The notes under the pieces were generated by a model. It was not told where the DNA came from. It did not search any database and saw only the letters and a program-made list of their open reading frames with translations. From an uncultured delta proteobacterium (GTDB taxonomy: Bacteria > Myxococcota_A > Polyangia > Haliangiales > Haliangiaceae): a stretch of 64,000 nucleotides of DNA. The stretch is from assembly GCA_963848295.1 (NCBI GenBank), contig CAWKDB010000010.1, positions 1,824,001 to 1,888,000 on the forward strand, in the 5' to 3' direction. The position numbers and the translations under genes are program-made. Shown piece by piece: positions 1 to 10,202 of this stretch (position 1 is its first letter; every line of letters begins with the position of its first letter).

Positions 1-820
1 CGCCGCCGACCCGCTTGATCTCGCGTTGCTCGAGCACCCGCAGCAGCTTCGGTTGCAGCGTGATATCGAGCTCGCCGATCTCGTCGAGGAAGATCGTGCC
101 GCCGGTCGCTTGCTCGAAGCAGCCGACGTGTTGCGCGACCGCGCCGGTGAAGCTGCCCTTCTCGTGGCCGAACAGCGTCGACTCGATCAGCTCGCGCGGG
201 ATCGATCCGCAATCGAGCACGACGAACGGCTTCTGCTTGCGCGACGACGCGTTGTGCAACGCGCGCGCGACCATCTCCTTGCCGGTGCCGGTCTCGCCGG
301 TGATCAGGCACGTCAGATCGCTCGGTGCGACCTTCTCGAGGTGCGCGAAGATCTCGCGCATGGCGGGCGAGCCGCCGAGCATCATGTCGAAGCGGTCCTT
401 CTTCGACAGCTCGATCTCGACGACGTCCTGCGTCGTCTGGAACTGGATGCTCGTGTGGCCGATGCGGAACACCGTGTTCGGCCGCAAGTACGCCTCGCGC
501 ACCCGCAGCTCGCCGACGAAGATGCCGTTGCGGCTGTTGAGATCGCGCAGGCGATAGCCGTCGTCGCGCGCGCTGACCTCGAAGTGCGTGCCCGACACCG
601 CTTTGTCTTGGACGACGAGGTCGCTGATGATGCTGCGACCGCCGGTGACGCGCGGCTTCGAGATCTCGATCTCTTTGCCCTGATCGGCGCCGCTGACGAC
701 GACGAGCTTGCCCTTGCGCATCCGCCGCACGGTGGCCCACTCGCCCTCGAACAGCGTGGTCAGCCCGGTGCCCGCCTCGCCGGCTTCACCGGGATCGAAC
801 GATGCATCCACCTCTTCCAT
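1..820 (-). CDS. FHA-domain sigma54-dependent transcriptional activator (bacterial enhancer-binding protein), truncated by the window edge
   Basis: Manual reverse-strand translation: N-terminal FHA-like segment (GRSIISDLVVQDKAVSGTHFE), Walker A GETGTGKE, LFGHEKGSFTGA (GAFTGA variant), FLDEIGEL, QPKLLRVLE. Absent from the ORF track because it runs off the window. Confidence 0.9.
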   Translation of the reverse strand, partial: MEEVDASFDPGEAGEAGTGLTTLFEGEWATVRRMRKGKLVVVSGADQGKEIEISKPRVTGGRSIISDLVVQDKAVSGTHFEVSARDDGYRLRDLNSRNGIFVGELRVREAYLRPNTVFRIGHTSIQFQTTQDVVEIELSKKDRFDMMLGGSPAMREIFAHLEKVAPSDLTCLITGETGTGKEMVARALHNASSRKQKPFVVLDCGSIPRELIESTLFGHEKGSFTGAVAQHVGCFEQATGGTIFLDEIGELDITLQPKLLRVLEQREIKRVGG

Positions 821-838
821 CACAGCGACGGTATCACG

Positions 839-1558
839 TCAGTTGACCCAGCGTTGCTGGTCGCGCTTCGGCTTGCCGCCCTCGAGCACGGTCAGTCGCG
901 CGCGCGCGCGTTTGATCCGCCAGCGTTTCCACGCGAGTCCCGGGTTCATCGTCCGCGAGGTCAGCAACGCCGCCGCCGCGATCGCCGACGCGTACGCCGC
1001 GCCCTCTTCCCACTTCTGTTGCAGCACGATGAACAGCGTGACGAAGCCGAGGAAGCCGAACATCATCTGTCGGCCTGTCATCTTGATGTAAAACGAGAAC
1101 GTCACTTGCTGGCGCGGATACATGATGCCGTACGCGACGATCGCGGCGTACATGAACGGGCTGAGGCCCGAGATCGCGACCGGGCTGTCGGTGCCGCCCA
1201 GCGCGAGCCCGAGCAGGCACCCGCCGAGCGTGCCCGCGATCGAGGTGATCGCGACGAACCGATAGAGCCGCGGCGTGCCCCAGAACCGTTCGAGCGTCGG
1301 CACGAACATCCACAAGATCAGGCCGCTCATGATCAGCTGGACGAAGCTCACCTCGAGCAACGGGCTCGTGACGAGCGTCCACACGTGGCCGGCGTCGAAC
1401 ACCGATCGCGGCGAGGCGGCGACCCATTCTGCGAGCGATTGCTTGGCCTCGGGGGCGGCGAGCAGCCACAGCACCGACATCGCGAGCTCGACGACGAGGA
1501 TCGTCAGCGCGCCGCGCGTGAATCGCGCTTGCTTGAGGCTGTCGCGAAAGCTGCTCAC
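839..1558 (-). CDS. Rhomboid-family-like intramembrane protein
   Basis: About six hydrophobic segments, WTLVTSPLL and LERFWG rhomboid-like motifs; catalytic region (GLS) looks degenerate. Confidence 0.7.
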   Translation of the reverse strand: MSSFRDSLKQARFTRGALTILVVELAMSVLWLLAAPEAKQSLAEWVAASPRSVFDAGHVWTLVTSPLLEVSFVQLIMSGLILWMFVPTLERFWGTPRLYRFVAITSIAGTLGGCLLGLALGGTDSPVAISGLSPFMYAAIVAYGIMYPRQQVTFSFYIKMTGRQMMFGFLGFVTLFIVLQQKWEEGAAYASAIAAAALLTSRTMNPGLAWKRWRIKRARARLTVLEGGKPKRDQQRWVN

Positions 1559-1684
1559 AGAAGTGAAGTTAGCACGCTGGCTCGACCAGCCTTTGCCACC
1601 CCCTGTGATCGCCCAGGTAACCGCGTCGCGATTCGACCCGATCCGACTTCAACGCATGGACTGGGGCATGTTATCCCTGTGGGC

Positions 1685-2134
1685 ATGAGGAAAATCCTGG
1701 TTGGTCTTGTTCTATCTTTGGCTATCGCCGCCTGCAGCAGCAGCGACGACAGCGCGGCGGTTCCCGAGGGGAACTGGGACGTCACGCTGACGTTCTTGTC
1801 GGGCGGCACCTGCACGGGTCTGCCAGCCACGTTCGACATCAACTTCGACATCACCGACGACGGCGCGGGCGGCTACAACCTCGCCGCGAACACCGGTCTC
1901 ACCGGCGACACGGTGGGTGGATCGATGGATTGCACCTCGGTCACCGAGTGCGACCTCCAGTTCACCGATAGCGGCCCGGGCTCGGAAGACTCCGACGTCG
2001 ATACCCAGACGATCTCGGCTGATCTCGTCGAGGACAACGCAGATCAGGTCACCGGCACCGGCACGATCAACTTCGTCCTGACCGACGGCTCGGACTGCAG
2101 CGTCAACTTCGACGCCGACGGCGACGTCATCTAG
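1685..2134 (+). CDS. Putative acidic lipoprotein
   Basis: MRKILVGLVLSLAIAAC signal peptide with lipobox; Asp/Thr/Gly-rich body with 4 further Cys. Confidence 0.75.
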   Translation: MRKILVGLVLSLAIAACSSSDDSAAVPEGNWDVTLTFLSGGTCTGLPATFDINFDITDDGAGGYNLAANTGLTGDTVGGSMDCTSVTECDLQFTDSGPGSEDSDVDTQTISADLVEDNADQVTGTGTINFVLTDGSDCSVNFDADGDVI

Positions 2135-2149
2135 TCCTTGTCGGGCGGC

Positions 2150-2854
2150 CTACTGGCCGTCGATCGAAATCATCACCGAGCCTAGCTCGGTGACCTGATT
2201 GGGGGTCGTGATCTCGCGGTTCGCGAGGCTCGCGTAGGCCCCGTCGTGGCTCCCGCCGGTCTCGGCGCCGATCGCGACGTCGTACGTGCCGGCGACGATC
2301 GCCGGCGTGTACGCCGATCCGAGCTCGCACTCGAGCAGGGTGTCGGCGCTCGCGTTCGCGCTCGTGCTCGCGACCTCGATGCCGTCGATCGCGATCGCGC
2401 CGCAGTCGAGCGTCGATCCCGACGTCGCGCCGACCAACGTCCACGCCAGGTGAAAGTAGCCGGCGTCGTCGTAGAGGATCGTCGCGAACGCCTGATCGAC
2501 CTCGTGCAGGTCGAGCGTCTGGTGCAGGGACGTCGCCCACACCGTGCCGTCCGAGCTCTCGATCACGAGCCCGGTGTCGTAGGTCGCCGGTGTCACCGGC
2601 GCGCTCGTACCTTCGCCGTCGTCGCACGGAAACTGCGTCGTCGTGGCCGCGCCCGATGGCAGGCCGGAGCTGTCATCGAGCGGCTGGGTGACGAGCGCCG
2701 CGATCGGGAACCCACTCGGACACGCGATCGGATCGCCGGACTCGAGATCGCCGAGCTGCCAGGTCGCGGTGACGAACGCTTGATCGCTGTTGCCACCGCT
2801 GTGGATGTCGCAACCCGCGACGAGCGCGACCGGGATCAGGGTTCGCAGATGCAT
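2150..2854 (-). CDS. Putative lipoprotein with an internal two-fold repeat
   Basis: [15 protein letters not shown] lipobox; two similar modules (W..C...C..G....PVTPATYD and W..C...C..G....AIVAGTYD). Confidence 0.7.
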   Translation of the reverse strand: MHLRTLIPVALVAGCDIHSGGNSDQAFVTATWQLGDLESGDPIACPSGFPIAALVTQPLDDSSGLPSGAATTTQFPCDDGEGTSAPVTPATYDTGLVIESSDGTVWATSLHQTLDLHEVDQAFATILYDDAGYFHLAWTLVGATSGSTLDCGAIAIDGIEVASTSANASADTLLECELGSAYTPAIVAGTYDVAIGAETGGSHDGAYASLANREITTPNQVTELGSVMISIDGQ

Positions 2855-3333
2855 GGGTGGGTCGCCGGATCGCACGATGACACTTGGAGCACGAGCTCGA
2901 CCGCGCCGAGGTTGACGATGTTGCCGGTCACGACGCTGCGCTGGATCGGTGCCGCGGCTTCATACGACAACGGCGATGCCGGACCATCCGCGCACACCGG
3001 CGTGATCGTGAGCAGCGCATCACCCTCGTCGAGATCGAAACCGGTGACACCGTGATTCTGCGTGCAGTCCCAGCGCGCGGTGCAGCGCTCGCCGGTGCAC
3101 GGCGACCACGCGATCTCGATCTCGCTCACCGGCGAGGTATCCGGCAACTCCTTGCCGTTCTGCGTGATGTTGCAGTCGAGGAAGGGGTTCTTCGGATCGC
3201 TCGCCGGTCCGCTCGCGGGTCGCAGCTTCCACGACAGCTCGACCGCGCCGCCGTCGACGCGGGTACAGCCGCATGCGACGACGAGCGCGGCGCAAGCGAT
3301 TCGTCGTCGGCTGCTCAATTGACCCGGCATCAT
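2836..3333 (-). CDS. Putative Cys-rich lipoprotein (start uncertain)
   Basis: [15 protein letters not shown] signal/lipobox; resembles the neighbouring lipoprotein module (ELSW...C...; C-terminal NLGAV). Confidence 0.6.
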   Translation of the reverse strand: MMPGQLSSRRRIACAALVVACGCTRVDGGAVELSWKLRPASGPASDPKNPFLDCNITQNGKELPDTSPVSEIEIAWSPCTGERCTARWDCTQNHGVTGFDLDEGDALLTITPVCADGPASPLSYEAAAPIQRSVVTGNIVNLGAVELVLQVSSCDPATHPCICEP

Positions 3334-3358
3334 GGCGCGTGCTATCGAAGCCGTCATT

Positions 3359-4075
3359 ATGCCAGGGTTTTCGCCGGCACACGCAACGTCGGCCCTCGCG
3401 GCAAGCCTCGACATCCCGCAGCTGTTCAACCAGGCGCATTGGACCGTCCAGGCCGTGATGATCCTGCTCGTGATCATGTTCGTGATCGGGCTCTACATCA
3501 TCATCTACAAGCGGCTGTACATCGGCCGCGCCGCGAACGAGTCGCAGCAGTTCACCGACGCGTTCTGGAAATCGCGCGACATCGAGCAGATCTACAAGCA
3601 GGCGCAGCAGATGCGGAACAGTCCGGTCGCACAGATGTTCGTCGCCGGCTACACCGAGCTCGCGAAGCTCGCGTCGGACGAGGCGCTCAAGGGCGATCGC
3701 GAAGGCAACCTCGCGAACATCGAGCGCGCGCTGCGCCGCTCGCAGACCCACGAGACGACCAAGCTCGAGTCGATGGTGCCGTTCCTCGCGACGACCGGCT
3801 CGGCCGCACCGTTCATCGGCCTGCTCGGCACGGTCATGGGCATCTTGTTCGCGTTCCTCGACATCGCCGATTCGAAGAACTCGGCGCCGACGATCAAGAC
3901 CGTCGGCCCTCACATAGCCGAAGCGCTGTTCGCGACCGCGATCGGCCTCGCTGCGGCGATCCCGGCGGTCATGGCGTACAACTACTTCACGCGGCGCATC
4001 CGCGTGCTGAGATCCGAGATGGAGACGTTCGAGCAGGACTATCTCAACATCATCAAGCGGCACTTCCTGAGGTAG
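3359..4075 (+). CDS. tolQ: TolQ (MotA/TolQ/ExbB proton channel)
   Basis: [21 protein letters not shown] and [25 protein letters not shown] motifs; first gene of the tol cluster. Confidence 0.92.
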   Translation: MPGFSPAHATSALAASLDIPQLFNQAHWTVQAVMILLVIMFVIGLYIIIYKRLYIGRAANESQQFTDAFWKSRDIEQIYKQAQQMRNSPVAQMFVAGYTELAKLASDEALKGDREGNLANIERALRRSQTHETTKLESMVPFLATTGSAAPFIGLLGTVMGILFAFLDIADSKNSAPTIKTVGPHIAEALFATAIGLAAAIPAVMAYNYFTRRIRVLRSEMETFEQDYLNIIKRHFLR

Positions 4076-4081
4076 CGCGCG

Positions 4082-4540
4082 ATGGCGATGAAAGCGGGCG
4101 GCGACGGCGAGCTCAACTCCGACATCAACGTGACCCCGATGGTCGACGTCATGCTCGTACTGCTCATCATCTTCATGATCACCGCGCCGATGATGAACAC
4201 CGGGGTCGAGATCGAGCTGCCGCAGGTCACCGCGAAGAACATCGAAGATCCCGAGGGCAAGCTCGTGCTGACGATCGATCAAGACCGCAAGATCACGCTC
4301 GGCGGAACGCCGATCAAATGGGAAGAGCTCGCGGCCAAGCTCAAGCTCAACAACCGGGTCCAGACCGAAAGCGCGATCTACATCGACGCCGCGGACAACC
4401 TGCAATATGGCGCGGTCGCCAGGGCCATGGCGGTCGCGAAAAACGCCGGGGTAGCCAAGGTCATGCTCCTGACCAACCCCGAAGACGACGCTAAGCTCGC
4501 GGACGATATGAAGAAGCTCGACGAGAACAAGAGCCCCTGA
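4082..4540 (+). CDS. tolR: TolR (ExbD/TolR family)
   Basis: [24 protein letters not shown] signature. Confidence 0.92.
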   Translation: MAMKAGGDGELNSDINVTPMVDVMLVLLIIFMITAPMMNTGVEIELPQVTAKNIEDPEGKLVLTIDQDRKITLGGTPIKWEELAAKLKLNNRVQTESAIYIDAADNLQYGAVARAMAVAKNAGVAKVMLLTNPEDDAKLADDMKKLDENKSP

Positions 4541-4561
4541 CGGACGTCTTAGTAGAGAGCC

Positions 4562-5263
4562 ATGAGCCTGCGCGACAACGACATCACGGTGGTCTCGATC
4601 GTGGCCACCGCCGTGGTCAGCGGGGCCCTGTTCGCGCTCATGGTCTACATGCAAGTCGAGAAAGTGGACGTCAAGCCGGACCTCGGCAACGAGAACGTGA
4701 TCGAGGCGTCGATCGCGTATCGCAGCGCGCCGCACAAGCAGCCGCAGAAAGAATTCAAGCCGCCCGATCCGGTCGTGAAGCCGGTCGGCGTGTCGCACGA
4801 CGATAAGGCCAAGCCGGTGGAGCCGAAGAAAGACCCGCCGAAGAAACCGGACGACAAGACCGTCGACCAGAAGCTCAACCAGTTCCACCACTCGAGCGAC
4901 GACGACCCCACCGGCCCGCTGACCAAGCCCACGGTCGGCGATCTGAACGGTGCCGCGGACGGCAACGCGGCGGTGTCGAAGGGCGACCCGTTCTTCGCCC
5001 GGCTCAACCGCGACATGCATTATCAGCCGCCGGCGATCGCGAAGGGCGATAGCGTGCCCGTCGGGTGCATCTTGCTCGCGCCCGATGGCAAGATCACGGA
5101 TTACAAGTTCAAGGTGAAGACCGACGACGACCTGCAGATCGCCGCCGAAGCTTCGCTCAGAGGCCTGCAGAAGATCCGCAACGAGACTCCCGAGGAAGTG
5201 CCGACCCGTCTGCTTCACTTCACCGAGCACTACTTATGCTTCAAGTTCACGCTCACGCCGTAA
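4562..5263 (+). CDS. TolA/TonB-like energy transducer
   Basis: N-terminal TM anchor, Pro/Lys-rich linker, C-terminal globular domain; lies between tolR and tolB. Confidence 0.75.
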   Translation: MSLRDNDITVVSIVATAVVSGALFALMVYMQVEKVDVKPDLGNENVIEASIAYRSAPHKQPQKEFKPPDPVVKPVGVSHDDKAKPVEPKKDPPKKPDDKTVDQKLNQFHHSSDDDPTGPLTKPTVGDLNGAADGNAAVSKGDPFFARLNRDMHYQPPAIAKGDSVPVGCILLAPDGKITDYKFKVKTDDDLQIAAEASLRGLQKIRNETPEEVPTRLLHFTEHYLCFKFTLTP

Positions 5264-6516
5264 TCGCCGCCCTCGCGCTCTCGCTCGTGGCGCCCGCCTT
5301 GGCGCACGCGGATGACGTGTCGATCGACGTCGGCGGTCACAAGAAGGGCCTGTATCCCATCGCGACGCCGGTGGCCGTCGAAGGCGATCTCGCCGCGGCG
5401 AAGGAGATCGCGCAGATCGAGTCGTTCGATCTCTCGGTCGCCGGCGTGTTCAAGGTGCTCGATCCGCAATCGTTCCTCGCCGATCTCAAGTCCGAGGGCA
5501 TGTCGATCGATCCGCAGAAGTGGCAAGACGTCGGCGCGTACGGCGTGATCAAGTTCAAGGCGACCGCCGATTCCGTCGAGTTCCGGCTCTACGAGGTCTC
5601 GAAGGGCGCGACCGCGACGCTGACCAAGACATTTCCGCGCAAGGGCGACATGCGCACGCTCGTCCATCGCTGGTGCAACGACGTGGTCAAGTACTACACG
5701 AACGAGCCCGGGTTCTTCGGCTCGAAGATCGCGTTCACCGCGAAGGGCAGAGGCACCAGCTCGATCATGGCGATGGACTTCGACGGCGCGAACGCCTACT
5801 CGGTGTCGCACAACACGTCGACGAACATCTTGCCGGCGTGGTCGCCGACCGGCGCGCAGATCGCCTACACGTCGTTCATGCGCGAGAACCCCGACCTCTA
5901 CGTCTCGGCGGGCAGCTCGCGACCGAAGAGGCTGAGCGCGCAGCGCGGGATGAACACCGGCGCGTCGTGGTCGCCGGACGGCAGCAAGATCGCGCTGACG
6001 TTGTCGAAGGACGGCAACCCGGAGATCTACATCATCAACGCGAACGACGGCGCGATCATCAAGCGGATCACGAACGACAAGGCGATCGACACCTCGCCCG
6101 CGTGGTCACCGGATGGCTCGACGCTGGCGTTCGTCAGCGATCGCAACGGCGGTCCGCAGATCTTCGTCGTGCCCGCGAGCGGCGGGACGCCGAAGCAAGT
6201 CTCGTTCGACGGCAACTACAACACGACGCCGGCATGGTCGCCGAAAGCCGGCAAGCACGTCATCGCATACACCACGCGCGATGGCGGCACCTACGACATC
6301 GTCACGCTCGATCTCGACACCGGCGTCAGCACGCGCATCACCCAGAACATGGGCCAAAACGAAGAGCCATCGTTCTCGCCGAACGGGCGAGCGATCGCGT
6401 TCGCGCGCCAGGGCCAGGGCATCTTCATCGCAAATGCGGATGGCACGGGCACGCCGGTCAAGGTCTGGAGCGGCAGCGCGACCGGCGTCGACTGGGGCCC
6501 TGCCCCGAGCCAGTAG
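5236..6516 (+). CDS. tolB: TolB beta-propeller protein
   Basis: Signal peptide, TolB N-domain and repeated PAWSPDG/PSFSPNG PD40 repeats. Confidence 0.92.
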   Translation: MLQVHAHAVIAALALSLVAPALAHADDVSIDVGGHKKGLYPIATPVAVEGDLAAAKEIAQIESFDLSVAGVFKVLDPQSFLADLKSEGMSIDPQKWQDVGAYGVIKFKATADSVEFRLYEVSKGATATLTKTFPRKGDMRTLVHRWCNDVVKYYTNEPGFFGSKIAFTAKGRGTSSIMAMDFDGANAYSVSHNTSTNILPAWSPTGAQIAYTSFMRENPDLYVSAGSSRPKRLSAQRGMNTGASWSPDGSKIALTLSKDGNPEIYIINANDGAIIKRITNDKAIDTSPAWSPDGSTLAFVSDRNGGPQIFVVPASGGTPKQVSFDGNYNTTPAWSPKAGKHVIAYTTRDGGTYDIVTLDLDTGVSTRITQNMGQNEEPSFSPNGRAIAFARQGQGIFIANADGTGTPVKVWSGSATGVDWGPAPSQ

Positions 6517-6557
6517 CCGCGTTCGCCGCTGCGATAGTCGCAGAGGTATGCTGCGCC

Positions 6558-8114
6558 ATGCTCGGTGTCTCGAAGATCATCGCGGGCGAGCCGCCGCGGG
6601 TCAAGCTGCCTCGCGCGTACAACGCCGCGGTCGATCTGATCGACCGGCATGTCGCCGAGGGTCGCGGCGATCGCGCCGCGGTGATCGACGACGACGGCCG
6701 ATTCACGTATCGCGAGCTCGCCGAGCGCAGCGATCGCGCGGCCACCGCACTCGCCGGGCTCGGAGTCCGTGCCGAACAACGCGTAGCGCTGTGCCTGCTC
6801 GATTCGATCGAGTTTCCGACCGCGTTCGCCGGCGCGATGAAGCTCGGCGCCGTGCCGGTCCCGCTCAACACGCTGCTCACCGCCGACGACTACGTCTACC
6901 TGCTGCGCGACATGCGGGCGAGCGCGCTCGTCGTGAGCGAACCGTTGCTCGGCAAGCTCGCGCCCGCGATCGCGGCCGGCCCGGGCCTCGCGGTCGCGGT
7001 CGTCGGCGCTGCGGGCGTGTACCCGGCGTGGCGAGCGCTCGTCGAGCAGGCCCAGCCGATCGCCGCGGCCGCCGAGACCACGCCGGACGATGTCGGGTTC
7101 TGGCTGTACTCGTCGGGCTCGACCGGCAAGCCGAAGGGCGCGATGCACCTGCACGCCAGCTTGCCGTGGACCGCCGCACTCTACGCGCAGGCGATCCTCG
7201 GGATCCGGCCGGACGACGTCGTGTACTCCGCCGCGAAGTTGTTCTTCGCGTACGGCCTCGGCAACGCGCTGACGTTCCCGTTCTCGGTCGGCGCGACCGC
7301 GGTGCTGTGCTCGGACCGGCCGACGCCCGCGACCGTGATGCGCGTGATGCGGACGCACCAACCGACGATCTTCGGCGGGGTCCCGACGTTGTACGCGTCG
7401 CTGCTCGCCGACCCGGCGCTGACGCGCGAGGTCGCGCCCGGTTTGCGCGTCTCGACATCCGCGGGCGAGGCGCTGCCGAAGCACATCGGCGAGCGCTGGC
7501 GCGACCGCATGGGCAGCGAGATCCTCGACGGCATCGGCTCGACCGAGATGCTGCACATCTTCTTGTCGAATGCGCCGGGCGACGTCCATTACGGCACGAC
7601 CGGGCGGCCGGTGCCCGGCTACGAGCTCGAGCTGCGCCAAGACGACGGCTCGCCGTGTACCGGCGACGAAGGCTCGCTGTGGGTGCGCGGCCCGTCGAGC
7701 GCGATCGCGTACTGGAACGATCGAGTACGCAGCGTGTCGACGTTTCACGGCCCGTGGACGCGCACCGGCGATCGCTACCTGCGCAACCCCGACGGCACGT
7801 GGACGTACTGCGGCCGCGCCGACGACATGCTCAAGGTCGGCGGGATCTGGGTGTCGCCGTTCGAGGTCGAGTCGGCGCTCGCGTCGCATCCGGCCGTGCT
7901 CGAGTGCGCGGTCGTCGGCGCCGAGGACAAAGACGGCCTGACCAAGCCGAAAGCGTTCGTCGTGTTGCGCGCGGAGGCGAAGGCCGAGCCGACCGAGTTG
8001 CAAGCCTTCGTCAAGGACCGGCTCGCGCCGTTCAAGTATCCGCGCTGGGTCGATCTCGTGACCGAGCTGCCGAAGACTGCGACCGGCAAGATCCAGCGGT
8101 TCAAGCTCCGGTGA
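6558..8114 (+). CDS. Benzoate-CoA ligase family protein
   Basis: FWLYSSGSTGKPKG, SAAKLFFAYGLGN, DGIGSTEMLHIFLSN, GRADDMLKVGGIWVSPFEVE, LPKTATGKIQRFKLR. Confidence 0.9.
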   Translation: MLGVSKIIAGEPPRVKLPRAYNAAVDLIDRHVAEGRGDRAAVIDDDGRFTYRELAERSDRAATALAGLGVRAEQRVALCLLDSIEFPTAFAGAMKLGAVPVPLNTLLTADDYVYLLRDMRASALVVSEPLLGKLAPAIAAGPGLAVAVVGAAGVYPAWRALVEQAQPIAAAAETTPDDVGFWLYSSGSTGKPKGAMHLHASLPWTAALYAQAILGIRPDDVVYSAAKLFFAYGLGNALTFPFSVGATAVLCSDRPTPATVMRVMRTHQPTIFGGVPTLYASLLADPALTREVAPGLRVSTSAGEALPKHIGERWRDRMGSEILDGIGSTEMLHIFLSNAPGDVHYGTTGRPVPGYELELRQDDGSPCTGDEGSLWVRGPSSAIAYWNDRVRSVSTFHGPWTRTGDRYLRNPDGTWTYCGRADDMLKVGGIWVSPFEVESALASHPAVLECAVVGAEDKDGLTKPKAFVVLRAEAKAEPTELQAFVKDRLAPFKYPRWVDLVTELPKTATGKIQRFKLR

Positions 8115-8866
8115 TCAATGTCGACGGGATCGAGCTCGAGACCGCGTGGATCGGCGAGCCGGCGTCCGGCCCGGTGCTCGTATTCCTGCACGAGGGGCTC
8201 GGCTCGCTCGAGCAGTGGCGCGAGATGCCGGCCGAGCTCGTTCGCCGCACCGGCTTGCCCGCGTTCGTATATTCGCGCCAGGGCTACGGCGCGTCATCGC
8301 CGGTCGCAGTGCCGCGACCGCTGACCTACATGCACGACGAGGCGGTGCGACTGCCGCGGATCCTCGCGGCGGCAGGGGTCGCCGATCCGATCCTCGTCGG
8401 GCACAGCGACGGCGCGTCGATCGCGATCATCGCCGCCGGCTCGCATGTCGTGTCGCCGCGCGCCCTCGTGCTGATCGCGCCGCACGTCTTCGTCGAGCAG
8501 GTCTCGGTGACTTCGATCGCGGCGGCGGCCGATGCGTATCGCACGGGAGACCTGCGCGCACGCCTCGCGCGCTTTCACCGCGACGTCGACGGCGCATTCT
8601 GGGGCTGGAACCGCGCTTGGCTCGATCCCGCGTTCCGCGCGTGGAACCTCGAGATCTACCTGCCGGCGATCACGGCACCGGCCCTCGTCGTCCAGGGCGA
8701 TGCCGACGAGTACGGCACGCGTGCGCAAGTCGACGCGATCGCGCGCCAGCTCGGCGGCCGATGCGAGGTCGCGATGATCGCGGCGGCCGGCCACGCACCG
8801 CAGCGGCAGCAACCGGAGGCGGTCTACGCCCGGATCGCCGGGTTCGTCGCGAGTGTCATCCGGTGA
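8111..8866 (+). CDS. Alpha/beta-fold hydrolase
   Basis: LVFLHEGLGS, GHSDGAS nucleophile elbow, DEYG, GHAP; GTGA overlap with the ligase stop. Confidence 0.88.
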   Translation: MINVDGIELETAWIGEPASGPVLVFLHEGLGSLEQWREMPAELVRRTGLPAFVYSRQGYGASSPVAVPRPLTYMHDEAVRLPRILAAAGVADPILVGHSDGASIAIIAAGSHVVSPRALVLIAPHVFVEQVSVTSIAAAADAYRTGDLRARLARFHRDVDGAFWGWNRAWLDPAFRAWNLEIYLPAITAPALVVQGDADEYGTRAQVDAIARQLGGRCEVAMIAAAGHAPQRQQPEAVYARIAGFVASVIR

Positions 8867-9173
8867 GCGCGGACATCGCGGCCCACGAGGCGGCGAGCAT
8901 CGACGCGGCGAACGCGAACGCGGCGGGCCTGTCCCACCACCGCACCGGCGGCTCGAACACGCGCGCGACCGACGCGCGAATGCGCAGGCGCAGCGCGTCG
9001 CTCGGCGGTGCACTGTCGGCGCCGGTCTCGATCGCGCGCTTGACCTCGAGCAGCTCTCGCAGGCACGCGCCGCACGTCATCAGGTGCGCTTCGATCGAAG
9101 CTCGCTCGGCGAGCGTCACCACGCCGAAGTGAAAACCGACGAGCTGAGGCTGGATCGCTTCGCAGTCGCTCAT
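8856..9173 (-). CDS. zf-HC2 (ZAS) anti-sigma factor
   Basis: HLMTCGAC (HxxxCxxC) motif and a C-terminal hydrophobic segment; overlaps the ECF sigma stop. Confidence 0.85.
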   Translation of the reverse strand: MSDCEAIQPQLVGFHFGVVTLAERASIEAHLMTCGACLRELLEVKRAIETGADSAPPSDALRLRIRASVARVFEPPVRWWDRPAAFAFAASMLAASWAAMSALTG

Positions 9174-9685
9174 GTCATCTCCTCGCGCAGTCGTTTGACC
9201 ATGTCGTGCATCCGCGACTTCACGGTGCCGACTGGAAGCTGCAAGATCGCGGCGACCTCGGCGTATGACAGACCACTCGCCCGGAGCTGATAGAGCTCGG
9301 CCAGCGTCGCCGGCAGGCGAGCGATCGCATCCTGCAAGGGAGCCGCGTCGGGCTCGCGGTCCAGCGCCGATGGCGCCATCTCGGCGAGCCGAGCCGCGGA
9401 CTCGACGGCCAGGCGCGCGCGCTGTCGCGATCGCACTCGATTCAGGCAGAGATTGCGCGCGACCTGGAACAGCCACGCTTTGAAGCTGTGCAACTCGGTG
9501 TGCGTGCGGCGCGCGTGCAGCAGCGCTAGAAACGTCTCGTGCACGACGTCCTCGGCCTCGCCGACGTCGCCGAGCTGCGCCGACACGAACCCGAGCAAGC
9601 GTCGATCGTAGCGTTCGTACAGCGCGTCGAATGCCGCGAGCTCGCCGCCGAGCAGCCGCGCGTACAGGACCTCGTCGCTCGCCAT
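9170..9685 (-). CDS. ECF-family RNA polymerase sigma factor
   Basis: AFDALYERY, EAEDVVHETFL, FKAWLFQVARNLC (region 2); GLSYAEVAAILQLPVGTVKSRM (region 4). Confidence 0.92.
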   Translation of the reverse strand: MASDEVLYARLLGGELAAFDALYERYDRRLLGFVSAQLGDVGEAEDVVHETFLALLHARRTHTELHSFKAWLFQVARNLCLNRVRSRQRARLAVESAARLAEMAPSALDREPDAAPLQDAIARLPATLAELYQLRASGLSYAEVAAILQLPVGTVKSRMHDMVKRLREEMT

Positions 9686-9687
9686 GA

Positions 9688-10056
9688 TCAGCGCGGGCTC
9701 ATCGGTTCGACCGACGTGCGTCGCCGCAGGGCCGCGACCGTCGCGATCAGTCCTGCGATCAGCACGATGATCAGCGCGAGCACGAGGTCGTGTAGTGACT
9801 CTTCCGTGCCGAGCGCGAACACGGCGAGCTGGCGATCGGGCGGCAGCTGCGACAGGTCGTGCGCCGACTTGCAGATGCCGATCACCGTGCCGAGCACGCC
9901 GCTCGCGAGCGTCATGACGCCGAGCAGCAGGCCGAGTCGCTCGAAGTGCCGATCGCGGCGCAACACGAGCAGCGCGACCGCCGCGAGCAACGCGAAGCCA
10001 AACAGGATGGTCGGGTACATGCCGGGACCGCCCGCTGCGAAGAAATGGGACCACAT
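9688..10056 (-). CDS. Small three-TM MotA/TolQ/ExbB-like membrane protein
   Basis: FFAAGGPGMYP N-terminus and GVLGTVIGI motif; AAGGAG SD upstream of ATG 10056. Confidence 0.65.
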   Translation of the reverse strand: MWSHFFAAGGPGMYPTILFGFALLAAVALLVLRRDRHFERLGLLLGVMTLASGVLGTVIGICKSAHDLSQLPPDRQLAVFALGTEESLHDLVLALIIVLIAGLIATVAALRRRTSVEPMSPR

Positions 10057-10202
10057 CGAGAGCTCCTTCGTGACCGCCCATGACGGGCTGCACCTGAGGA
10101 ACCGCTCCGAGGAAAAAGTTCGCTGCAACGTGAGCCGCGCATCGCGTGTCAGGGTTGTGTAACGGCGTGGATCGAACGCTGCCTGCGCTCGTTTGCACGG
10201 CG

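Noticed and set aside
1..820. The FHA-domain activator as regulator of the low-oxygen cluster
   Set aside because: It is over 35 kb away, its DNA-binding domain is outside the window, and myxobacteria encode many such activators; nothing links them.
26..1684. Long + strand ORF 26..2134 (702 aa) and similar long ORFs such as 3020..5230(-), 14547..16487(+), 19264..21426(-), 46301..48280(+), 59719..61350(+)
   Set aside because: Antisense or off-frame shadows of recognisable genes, expected in high-GC DNA; Arg-rich with no motifs. Only 1685-2134 of the first ORF looks real.
5520..6557. Apparent N-terminal extensions of the CoA ligase (864 aa) and hydrolase (917 aa) ORFs, and of the SDR ORF 33315..35885
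   Set aside because: The extensions overlap other genes in alternative frames; real starts are supported by motifs and by -10 boxes or stop/start coupling.
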